Assembly: GCF_003324675.1 (NCBI RefSeq) | Contig: NZ_CP030918.1 | Coordinates: 2,730,001-2,762,000, forward strand | Direction: 5' to 3' | From: Paracoccus suum | GTDB lineage: Bacteria; Pseudomonadota; Alphaproteobacteria; Rhodobacterales; Rhodobacteraceae | DNA: 32,000 nt | Shown: in pieces, positions 16,989 through 24,754 of the stretch | Layout: every line of letters starts with the position of its first letter | Numbering within the stretch: the stretch's first letter is position 1 | Translations under genes and position numbers: made by a program | Notes under the pieces: model-generated | What the model saw: only the letters and a program-made list of their open reading frames with translations | Told to the model about the DNA's origin: nothing | The model's database searches: none

Positions 16989-17567
16989 TTAGCGCGCGCT
17001 CTTGCGGGCCACGACCTCTTCATGTGTCAGGCCGCCCACCCGGGCGTTCAGCCGTCCACCGCTGGCCGCGCAAAAGATGAGCGCGACCTCGTCCGCCCGC
17101 GGGCCGTTGGGCACTGCGATGGTCATGCCGTCGTAGTGCGACCGCACGTAGACCTCGTCCTTGTGGTTCATTGGAATGTCGATGGGCGTGTTCGGTGCGA
17201 CGACCTTCTGGAAGGAGGAGATCCAAGCCTCGCCGCCACCGATCTGCGCGCGGATAGGATCGGCAAAGGCCGTCGTCAGCAGAGCGTTGGCATGCTCTTG
17301 CTCGCCATCCAGACCGACGAGGCCGCCTTTTCCGTAGCTCTGCACCTCGCACCCATCCATCAGATCAACGAGCTTGCGACCCATCTTTTCGCCCAGCGCC
17401 GGGCTCGCGTCGATGAGTTCTCGAAGGTCGGCACCCGAAGTCCCCGCCATCGGGTTTTCCAGCACGAACACCACGGCGGCTTTGCGCAGAGGCTCCTCAA
17501 CACGCGTTGCGCCGTCCTCCCAGACATCTTCTACGAAGGAGAGGACGCGGCGAATGTTCAGATTCAT
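16989..17567 (-). CDS. Amino-acid-synthesis (AA_synth, PF06684-like) family protein of unknown function
   Basis: The ~192-aa product (MNLNIRRVLSFVEDVWEDGA...KAAVVFVLENP...QSYGKGGLVG..GEQEHANALL...) matches my memory of the AA_synth family. ATG 17567 is preceded by a GGAGAG SD. Confidence 0.75.
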   Translation of the reverse strand: MNLNIRRVLSFVEDVWEDGATRVEEPLRKAAVVFVLENPMAGTSGADLRELIDASPALGEKMGRKLVDLMDGCEVQSYGKGGLVGLDGEQEHANALLTTAFADPIRAQIGGGEAWISSFQKVVAPNTPIDIPMNHKDEVYVRSHYDGMTIAVPNGPRADEVALIFCAASGGRLNARVGGLTHEEVVARKSAR

Positions 17568-17599
17568 GTAACTCTCCAGCATGGCTCAGCAGATATTAC

Positions 17600-17616
17600 T
17601 GTATGACAAACTGTCA
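17600..17616. promoter_or_regulatory. Putative GntR/FadR-type operator (TGTATGACA 17600-17608 followed by aacTGTCA)
   Basis: The sequence attacTGTATGACAaacTGTCAg lies 33 nt upstream of the AA_synth start codon. It carries the same 8-mer as at 11609 and 14195. Confidence 0.5.
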
Positions 17617-17946
17617 GTAGACCGGCGGTTTCGTTTAAGCAAGGCTTAGGTGTGTCGCCGGTGCAAACGGCGGGTGTCCGGTGGTGGAAAGCATCGGGGG
17701 AGAGCAGTTGCTGCTGGAGACGGGCAGTACTTAGCTCGAAATCGGTCGCGCCACGGACCGGTGTCTGCGTGGAACAGACCCGTCGTCAAACGGCCGCCGT
17801 CACCCGCAGATGCCATGCCCCGCCGTGCCGCCGCTCCGGCTCCACAAAGATGCGGTTTTGAATCGATTGGCTGAGAGGACGAATTGCGTGCGCACCGCGC
17901 GCCTTGGGCCTCAGTGTACGCTCGCGGCCAAGGCCTCTCGTTGCCC

Positions 17947-19611
17947 TTACGCCCGCTTCGCGGCCGTACGCCGCCGCGCGAACCGCCCGAACGGGATCTC
18001 CGGGGGATCGAAGGTTTCAGCGCTCGCCCGATCCCAACGGTCGTACCAATCCGCGAGTTCGGGGATTTCGTCCGGATCCAGCAGGAAGCCGTCGGGTAGG
18101 TAGGGATAGGCCTCATTGCCGTCGAGGAACTCGTTGTCCTTTTGACGGAACATGAAGTGATAGGGCATGAAATCGCTGGGGTCGCGCAGGCCCGCCGCGC
18201 CGGCGATCTCGCCCAGCGCGTGCATCGTGTTGCGGTGGAAGCGCGCGACCCGTTGGCTCTTGTCAGGCACGTCGACGGCGCGCTGGCGCAGTGAATCCTG
18301 GGTGGCGATACCCACAGGGCACTTGTTCGTATGGCAGGACTGCGCCTGGATGCAGCCAATCGCAAACATGAAGCCGCGGCCGGAGTTGCACCAGTCCGCG
18401 CCGAGGGCCAGCGCGCGGGCGATGTCGAACGCCGAGATGATCTTGCCGGCCGCGCCGATGCGGATCTCGTCGCGGATGCCGGCGCCGCGCAGGGCGTTGT
18501 GAACAAAGGTGAGCCCTTCCAGCATCGGCATACCAACATGGTTCACGAACTCGATCGGCGCGGCGCCGGTGCCGCCCTCGGCCCCGTCGATAACGATGAA
18601 GTCCGGCCGGATGCCGGTCTTGAGCATGGCCTTGACCATGCTGAGGAACTCGCGCCGGTGCCCGATGCAGAGCTTGAAGCCGACAGGCTTGCCGCCTGAC
18701 AGATCGCGCAGTTGCTGGATGAAATGCATCAGGCCGATCGGGGTTGAAAACGTGCTGTGCGCGGGCGGCGAGATGCAGTCGACACCCATCGGGATGCCGC
18801 GCGCCTCGGCGATTTCCGGCGAAATCTTGGCGGCGGGCAGCATGCCGCCATGTCCCGGCTTGGCGCCCTGGCTCAGCTTGATCTCGATCATCTTGATCTG
18901 CGGATCGGCCGCCAGTTCGGCAAACCGCTCGGGCGAGAAGGTGCCGTCGGGGTTGCGGCACGAGAAATAGCCCGAGGCGATCTGGAAGATCAGATCGCCT
19001 CCGCCTGCGCGGTGGTAGCGGCTGATGCTGCCCTCGCCGGTATCTTGCGCAAAACCGGCCAGCTTGGCGCCGCGGTTCAGCGCAAGGATCGCATTGGCCG
19101 ACAGCGCGCCAAAACTCATCGCGGAAATATTGTAGAGGCTGGCCGAATAGGGCTGCTTGCAGGCCGGTCCGCCGACCACGACGCGGAAATCGGAATCGGC
19201 ATTCTTGACCGGCGTCGCGGAATGCGTGAGCCACGTATAGCCCGAGCCATAGACATTCTCGATCGTGCCGAAGGGACGCTTGTCCTCGACCCCCTTCGCA
19301 CGCTGATAAACGAGGGCGCGGGCCTCGCGGCTGAATGGCACTTCGTCGCGGTCGCCTTCGATCAGGTACTGGCGGATCTCGGGGCGGAAGCTTTCGAGGA
19401 TGAAACGCAGGTGACCGATGACCGGATAGTTGCGCAGCACCGCGTGACGGCGCTGGGCCAGGTCGTAAACCCCGACAAGGAACAATAGGCCAAAAATCAG
19501 GGCCGGGACCAGAAACCAGCCTCCGGCGCGCACGGCGCCGATGACGAAGACCAAGGCCAGAAGGCCCAGGATTCCGAATGCAAGGAATCGTTGGAGGGTT
19601 CTCATCGCCAT
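17947..19611 (-). CDS. FMN-binding glutamate synthase-domain family protein with N-terminal membrane anchor
   Basis: 554-aa ORF with two N-terminal hydrophobic helices (FLAFGILGLLALVFVIGAV, WFLVPALIFGLLFLVGVY). The GltB FMN-domain pattern follows: NISAMSFGALS, IKLSQGAKPGHGG.LP, PPAHS, DGAEGGTGAAP, and CHTNKCPVGIATQD for the Fe-S-proximal motif. Confidence 0.9.
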   Translation of the reverse strand: MAMRTLQRFLAFGILGLLALVFVIGAVRAGGWFLVPALIFGLLFLVGVYDLAQRRHAVLRNYPVIGHLRFILESFRPEIRQYLIEGDRDEVPFSREARALVYQRAKGVEDKRPFGTIENVYGSGYTWLTHSATPVKNADSDFRVVVGGPACKQPYSASLYNISAMSFGALSANAILALNRGAKLAGFAQDTGEGSISRYHRAGGGDLIFQIASGYFSCRNPDGTFSPERFAELAADPQIKMIEIKLSQGAKPGHGGMLPAAKISPEIAEARGIPMGVDCISPPAHSTFSTPIGLMHFIQQLRDLSGGKPVGFKLCIGHRREFLSMVKAMLKTGIRPDFIVIDGAEGGTGAAPIEFVNHVGMPMLEGLTFVHNALRGAGIRDEIRIGAAGKIISAFDIARALALGADWCNSGRGFMFAIGCIQAQSCHTNKCPVGIATQDSLRQRAVDVPDKSQRVARFHRNTMHALGEIAGAAGLRDPSDFMPYHFMFRQKDNEFLDGNEAYPYLPDGFLLDPDEIPELADWYDRWDRASAETFDPPEIPFGRFARRRTAAKRA

Positions 19612-19806
19612 GAGTGAGTCACCTACTCGTTTCCGTTAATTTTGGGAAGGACGAGGATGGGTGCCTCGAAAAGCAAAAGGGCCAGCGCCGGCCGGCGGAC
19701 GTTTCGCCGCGGCCTTGCAGGGGTGCAGTCTAAGCGCATTTCGTCTAGACTGGCTGCGCAGGCAGCCCGGCAGCGACGCGCCCGGCGGCCGTGGGAGGCG
19801 AGCGCC

Positions 19807-20529
19807 ATGAGCAACATGCCGGACACTGGCCCTTCGCCGATCCCGGTCCTGTGCCGCGCCTGCGAGGCGCGCCATCGTGGCATATGCGGCGCCCTGCACC
19901 CCGCGCAGCTTTCGCGCTTGGCGCGTACCGCGATCCGGCGGGAATGCCCTTCCGGCTCGAACCTTGCATCCGCAGGCAGCCCGGTAACGTCGCATGCCAA
20001 CATCCTCAGCGGCGTCGTCAAGCTGACCAAGCTCATGCCGGACGGTCGCCAGCAGGTCGTGGGCCTGCAGTTCGCGCCCGATTTCCTCGGCCGGCCCTTC
20101 GCTGAGGTCAGCGACGTCACGGCCGAGGCGGCCGGGACCGTGCGCCTCTGCATTTTCCAGCGCGAGGAGCTGGAGGAGATGGCCGTTGAATCCCCAGGGC
20201 TGTCGCGCCGTCTGCATGCCCAGGCCCTCCGCGAGCTTGATGACGCGCGCGACTGGATGCTGACACTGGGCAAGAAATCCGCCTCAGAACGGGTCGCCTC
20301 GGTCCTGCTGCTGATTGGAACGCACATCGACCCGGAGGCGGAGGGATGCTCGCCCAGCTTCGAATTGCCCTTGCGGCGCAGTGACATCGCCGATTTCCTC
20401 GGCCTGACGATCGAGACTGTCAGCCGCCAGATCACGGCGCTGCGCCGACGCGGCATCATTGCGGTGGACCGCAACCGCTTGATCACCGTGCTCGACCTGC
20501 AGGGGCTGGAGTCTGCCGCGGGCGGTTGA
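19807..20529 (+). CDS. fnrL: Crp/Fnr-family oxygen-responsive transcriptional regulator (FnrL/FnrP-type, [4Fe-4S] Cys cluster)
   Basis: N-terminal Cys motif CRACEARHRGIC (C-x2-C-x7-C, as in Rhodobacter FnrL) plus a central Cys in VRLCIF. cNMP-like beta-roll. The HTH carries the FNR-type recognition motif in GLTIETVSRQITAL. ATG 19807 is preceded by a GGGAGG SD, and the upstream part of the 295-aa track ORF is Arg-rich and not protein-like. Confidence 0.85.
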   Translation: MSNMPDTGPSPIPVLCRACEARHRGICGALHPAQLSRLARTAIRRECPSGSNLASAGSPVTSHANILSGVVKLTKLMPDGRQQVVGLQFAPDFLGRPFAEVSDVTAEAAGTVRLCIFQREELEEMAVESPGLSRRLHAQALRELDDARDWMLTLGKKSASERVASVLLLIGTHIDPEAEGCSPSFELPLRRSDIADFLGLTIETVSRQITALRRRGIIAVDRNRLITVLDLQGLESAAGG

Positions 20530-20572
20530 AGCCAGCGGACCCGCCCGCGACAGCAACTATCGCTCGCAGCAC

Positions 20573-20586
20573 TTGATCTCGATCAA
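20573..20586. promoter_or_regulatory. Perfect FNR/FixK box (anaerobox) TTGAT-CTCG-ATCAA upstream of ccoI
   Basis: Exact match to the consensus TTGAT-N4-ATCAA, 78 nt upstream of ccoI ATG 20664 and 43 nt after the fnrL stop. It is the only perfect copy I found in the window. Confidence 0.8.
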
Positions 20587-20663
20587 ACTATTTCCCACCC
20601 CGAACTGGCCTCATGGGGGGAAAGGCAGGATGGCTCGCGTGACAACCCACACGCGACAAGGCC

Positions 20664-22895
20664 ATGTCCGGTTCAGCCACCCTCACCGCAGCCTCTGCCG
20701 AGCGACGCGCCAGCGTCATGCCGACGCCCGAGGGTCACGGGCAGATCCTGCTGTCCGTGCCCGGCATCCGCTGCGGCGCCTGCGTCGCGTCGGTCGAGCG
20801 TCGGCTGGCAGAATTGCCAGAGGTCGTCTCGGCCCGGGCCAACCTGACCTTGCGCCGTGTGACAGTGACGCTGGCGAACGCCGGCGCCGATCCGCTGCCG
20901 GTGATCGAGAAACTGCAGGCCCTCGGCTACCCGGCATCGCCCATCGACACCTCTGACCTGGGACCACAGGCCGAAAGCGCCCAAAGCCGCCAACTGGTTC
21001 GTGCCATGGCGGTTGCAGGTTTTGGCGCGGCCAACATCATGCTGCTATCGGTGGCGGTCTGGTCGGGCGCCGATGGCGCGACGCGCGAGACGTTCCACCT
21101 GATTTCCGGCCTGATCGCGCTGCCCATCGTCGCCTACTCCGGCCGGCCCTTCTTTGACTCTGCGCTGCGCGCTTTGCGGGCGGGGCGCACGAACATGGAC
21201 GTGCCTATCTCGATCGGTATCCTGCTCGCCGTCGCGCTGAGCGTGGTCGAGACCGTCCAGGGCGGCGCGCATGTCTTTTTCGACGCGGCCGTTACGCTGA
21301 TCTTTTTCCTTCTGGCCGGTCGCTACCTCGACCAGTTGATGCGCGAGAAAGCCCGCAGCGCGATCACCGGCCTCGCCCGTCTGGCCCCCAAGGGCGCCAG
21401 CGTGGAGCGACCGGACGGCACGTCGGAATGGCTGCGTCTCGACGCCGTGGCGCCTGGCATGATCCTGCACATCGGGCCGGGCGAGACGGTGCCGCTGGAT
21501 GTCCGCGTGGTGGAGGGCGCGACGGATATCGATCGCTCGCTCGTCACGGGCGAGTCGATGCCGATTGCGGCAGGCCTCAACGCGACACTGGAGGCTGGAA
21601 CGCGCAACCTGACTGGCACGCTGCGGGCCGAGGTGTTGCGCGCGGCTGACGAGTCATTCCTTGCCCAGATGCAACGCATGCTGGGCGAGGCCGAGGCCGG
21701 GCGCGGGCGCTATGTCCGTATTGCGGATCGCGCGGCGCGCCTCTATGCGCCGGTCGTCCACTCGCTGGCGCTGCTGACCTTCATCGGCTGGGTGCTGGCC
21801 ACGGGCGACTGGCGCGCATCTGCCTTTGTCGCGATCAGCGTGCTGATCATCACCTGTCCCTGCGCGCTGGGCCTAGCCGTGCCGGTCGCCCATGTGGTCG
21901 CCGCCGGCCGGCTGATGCGCGAGGGCGTGCTGATGAAGGACGGGTCCGCCCTCGAACGGCTGGCGCAAATCGACCACGTCGTCTTCGACAAGACAGGCAC
22001 GCTGACGACGGGCCAGCCGAGGGTCAGCGCGGCCCCGACCGATCCCGCACGGAGGGCTGCCGCCCGCGCGCTCGCCGCCGGGTCGGTGCACCCCGCGGCC
22101 TTGGCCATCACCGCGCATCTGCCCGAGTGCGGACCGCCGGCCTCCGACCTGCGCGAGGTGCCGGGTTTCGGCATCGAAGCCGTGGTTTCCGGCCGCCGCG
22201 CACGCCTCGGCCGCTCATCCTGGGTCGCCGAAATCGCGTCGGGCGGGACTGCGCCCGCCGGGCCGGCCTTCGCTTTCGAGCGTGACACCGCCGAAGCTTT
22301 CCATCTGGCCGAGACCCTGCGCGACGGCGCCCGCGAGACAATTGCGGAACTTGAGGCGCGGGGGCTGACGACCGCCATGCTGTCCGGGGACGTGGCAGAG
22401 CGCGCTAAGGCCATGGCCAGCCGGCTGGGCATTGCCGAGGTCCATGACGGTGCGACGCCCGCGGACAAGATCGGCTATCTCAATGCTCTGCAGATCGATG
22501 GACGCCGGGCAATGATGGTCGGCGACGGCCTCAATGATACGGCGGCACTTGCTGCGGCCCATGTGTCGATGGCCCCGTCGAGCGCCTCCGATGCTGGCCG
22601 CAGCGCCGCGGACCTGGTCTTTTTGCGAGACGGTTTGCAGGCGGTGGCCGTGGCGCACGACCTCGCGCGCCGCACCGCCCGGCTGGTGAGCCAGAATATC
22701 GGGCTTGCCGTCGCCTACAACTGCCTCGCCATCCCGCTCGCGATGGCGGGACAGGTCACGCCCTTGATCGCGGCGCTCGCGATGTCCGGCTCGTCGCTGC
22801 TGGTGATCGGCAACGCTCTGCGGCTGAACCGGGCGGGAAAGATGGCCTCGACACCGTCCTTGCCCGCCGCCGAGGGGCTGGAGGTGCCGGCATGA
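20664..22895 (+). CDS. ccoI: Copper-translocating P1B-type ATPase, cbb3 oxidase maturation (CcoI/FixI)
   Basis: N-terminal HMA domain with GIRCGACV, transmembrane CPC motif ITCPCALGLAVP, phosphorylation site DKTGTLT, hinge GDGLNDT. ATGA overlap with ccoS. Confidence 0.9.
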   Translation: MSGSATLTAASAERRASVMPTPEGHGQILLSVPGIRCGACVASVERRLAELPEVVSARANLTLRRVTVTLANAGADPLPVIEKLQALGYPASPIDTSDLGPQAESAQSRQLVRAMAVAGFGAANIMLLSVAVWSGADGATRETFHLISGLIALPIVAYSGRPFFDSALRALRAGRTNMDVPISIGILLAVALSVVETVQGGAHVFFDAAVTLIFFLLAGRYLDQLMREKARSAITGLARLAPKGASVERPDGTSEWLRLDAVAPGMILHIGPGETVPLDVRVVEGATDIDRSLVTGESMPIAAGLNATLEAGTRNLTGTLRAEVLRAADESFLAQMQRMLGEAEAGRGRYVRIADRAARLYAPVVHSLALLTFIGWVLATGDWRASAFVAISVLIITCPCALGLAVPVAHVVAAGRLMREGVLMKDGSALERLAQIDHVVFDKTGTLTTGQPRVSAAPTDPARRAAARALAAGSVHPAALAITAHLPECGPPASDLREVPGFGIEAVVSGRRARLGRSSWVAEIASGGTAPAGPAFAFERDTAEAFHLAETLRDGARETIAELEARGLTTAMLSGDVAERAKAMASRLGIAEVHDGATPADKIGYLNALQIDGRRAMMVGDGLNDTAALAAAHVSMAPSSASDAGRSAADLVFLRDGLQAVAVAHDLARRTARLVSQNIGLAVAYNCLAIPLAMAGQVTPLIAALAMSGSSLLVIGNALRLNRAGKMASTPSLPAAEGLEVPA

Positions 22896-23098
22896 GCATC
22901 CTCTCGCTCCTCATTCCCGTTACCCTCCTCATGGGACTCGTCGGCCTCGCAGCCTTTTTCTGGAACCTGCGCCACAGCCAATACGAGGACCTGCTGGGCG
23001 ATGCCGAACGCATCCTCGACGACGACGACCGCCCGCTTCCCCCGACGACCTGCACGGGCGCCTTCCTGCGCCCTTCTGAGAAAGAGACAGCGCGATGA
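22892..23098 (+). CDS. ccoS: cbb3-type cytochrome oxidase assembly protein CcoS/FixS
   Basis: 68-aa single-TM protein MSILSLLIPVTLLMGLVGLAAFFWNLRHSQYEDLLGDAERILDDDD, the typical CcoS signature. ATGA overlaps on both sides (ccoI stop, ccoN start). Confidence 0.85.
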   Translation: MSILSLLIPVTLLMGLVGLAAFFWNLRHSQYEDLLGDAERILDDDDRPLPPTTCTGAFLRPSEKETAR

Positions 23099-24750
23099 TG
23101 GTGTCACGGCTGACCGAAACCGAAAGAGCGACGGCGATCCTGATCTCGCTGCTTGGCCTCGCCATAGGGTTACTGATGGCGGTCCTTGGCCATGGCGATC
23201 CGATGGGTGCGCATGGCTGGGTGGTGATGGCCTTTTGCGGCGTGATGATCTGGCTTGTCGTCTCGCACCTCTACGACCCCGAGCCCACCGAGGATCGCTC
23301 GGCCTCCTACTACGACGACCCGACGCGCGTCGGCATCATCCTGGCCCTGGTCTGGGGGGTGATCGCGATGGGAATGGGCGTATGGGTCGCAGCCCAACTC
23401 GCATGGCCGAACCTGCGCTTTGACGCCGCCTGGTCCAGCTTTGGCCGGCTGCGTCCGCTGCACACCTCGGGCGTCATCTTCGGCTTTGGCGGCAACGCGC
23501 TGATCGCGACATCGTATCACGTCATGCAACGCACGTCGCGGGCGCGCATCGCCGGCCAGTTGTCGCCGTGGTTCGTGCTGTTCGGCTACAACCTGTTCTG
23601 CATCATCGCCGCGACCGGCTACCTGATGGGCGTCACCCAGTCCAAGGAATACGCCGAGCCGGAATGGTATGCCGACCTGTGGTTGGTTGTCGTCTGGGTG
23701 GTGTATTTCGTCATGTATATCCGTACCCTCCAACGCCGGAACGAGCCGCACATCTACGTCGCCAACTGGTACTACCTCGCCTTCATCCTGGTTGTGGCGA
23801 TGCTACACATCATCAACAACCTCGCGGTGCCCGCCTCGTTCTTTGGCGCGAAAAGCTATTCGCTGTTCTCGGGCGTGCAGGACGCAATGACCCAGTGGTG
23901 GTACGGGCACAACGCGGTAGCGTTCTTCCTGACCTCGGGCTTTCTGGGGATGCTCTACTACTTCCTGCCCCGGCGGGCGGAACGGCCGATTTACTCTTAC
24001 CGTCTGTCCATCCTCAGCTTCTGGGGGATCGTGTTCTTTTACATGTGGGCTGGCTCGCACCACCTGCATTACACCGCCCTGCCCTACTGGGTGCAGACGC
24101 TGGGCATGACATTCTCGGTCATGCTGTTGGTCCCGTCCTGGGCATCGGCGGGGAACGCGCTGATGACGCTGAACGGCGCGTGGCACAAGGTTCGGGACGA
24201 CGCCACGCTGCGCTTCATGATGACCGCAGCCGTGTTTTACGGCCTCTCGACCTTCGAGGGTTCGTTCATGGCAGTCCGTCAGGTCAACGCGCTGTCGCAC
24301 TATACCGACTGGACCGTGGGCCACGTCCACGCCGGCGCGATGGGATGGGTCGCGCTGATCTCTTTCGGGTCGATCTACGCGGTTACACCGCTGCTCTTCC
24401 GCCGCGAGAGGATGTACTCGGCCGCTGCGGTCGAGTGGCACTTCTGGCTCGCCCTGGCGGGTACCGTCATCTACGTCTTTGCGATGTGGAACAGCGGCAT
24501 CATCCAGGGGCTGATGTGGCGGACCTATAACGAAAGCGGCACGCTGCGCTATTCGTTCGTCGACTCTCTGGTCGCGATGCATCCCTACTATATCGCCCGC
24601 GCTTTCGGGGGCCTGCTGTTCCTCATCGGGGCCGCCATCGCGCTGTGGAACGTCGTGATGACGATCCGCCATGTCCCGGCCGAGCGTCGCGCCTTTGACC
24701 ATCCGACCGATTCCGAAGCCCTCGAGCCGGCCGTGCCGGCTGCGGAGTGA
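23095..24750 (+). CDS. ccoN: cbb3-type cytochrome c oxidase subunit I (CcoN)
   Basis: 551-aa polytopic protein with CcoN hallmarks: RPLHTSGVIFGFGGNALIATSYH, WWYGHNAVAFFLT, GSHHLHYT, WTVGHVHAGAMGW. Confidence 0.95.
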   Translation: MMVSRLTETERATAILISLLGLAIGLLMAVLGHGDPMGAHGWVVMAFCGVMIWLVVSHLYDPEPTEDRSASYYDDPTRVGIILALVWGVIAMGMGVWVAAQLAWPNLRFDAAWSSFGRLRPLHTSGVIFGFGGNALIATSYHVMQRTSRARIAGQLSPWFVLFGYNLFCIIAATGYLMGVTQSKEYAEPEWYADLWLVVVWVVYFVMYIRTLQRRNEPHIYVANWYYLAFILVVAMLHIINNLAVPASFFGAKSYSLFSGVQDAMTQWWYGHNAVAFFLTSGFLGMLYYFLPRRAERPIYSYRLSILSFWGIVFFYMWAGSHHLHYTALPYWVQTLGMTFSVMLLVPSWASAGNALMTLNGAWHKVRDDATLRFMMTAAVFYGLSTFEGSFMAVRQVNALSHYTDWTVGHVHAGAMGWVALISFGSIYAVTPLLFRRERMYSAAAVEWHFWLALAGTVIYVFAMWNSGIIQGLMWRTYNESGTLRYSFVDSLVAMHPYYIARAFGGLLFLIGAAIALWNVVMTIRHVPAERRAFDHPTDSEALEPAVPAAE

Positions 24751-24754
24751 AACG

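Noticed and set aside
15447-17606. Long alternative-frame and antisense ORFs (318 aa minus strand 15447-16403; 288 aa and 356 aa plus strand)
   Set aside because: They overlap the amidase and AA_synth genes, which have clear family signatures. These ORFs are Arg/Pro/Ala-rich and lack motifs, so they are high-GC artefacts.
17680-17740. Sequence ggtggtggaaagc...gctGGAGACgggcag, vaguely reminiscent of a cobalamin riboswitch B12 box
   Set aside because: Only the GGAGAC core matches, and the conserved GGGAA/GGTG/CCCGC elements are absent. On the + strand no downstream gene could be regulated, because the next gene is convergent.
17646-18539. 297-aa minus-strand ORF extending into the 17618-17946 spacer
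   Set aside because: It is out of frame with, and mostly inside, the FMN-GltS-like gene. The sequence is extremely Arg/Ser/Pro-rich, and nothing supports the spacer part as coding.
19623-20486. 287-aa and 193-aa minus-strand ORFs opposite fnrL
   Set aside because: They are antisense to a gene with unmistakable Fnr motifs (Cys cluster, E..SR helix) and have a low-complexity Arg/Ser composition.
20573-20956. 127-aa + strand ORF with a strong SD-like GGGGGGAAAGGCAGG immediately before an internal ATG at 20630
   Set aside because: Its frame differs from ccoI, the product is Arg-rich nonsense, and it overlaps the HMA domain of CcoI out of frame. A TGA at 20640 closes the ccoI frame upstream, so 20664 is the first in-frame ATG. 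The purine-rich stretch is more likely part of the FNR-dependent leader. A sequencing frameshift is not needed to explain CcoI.
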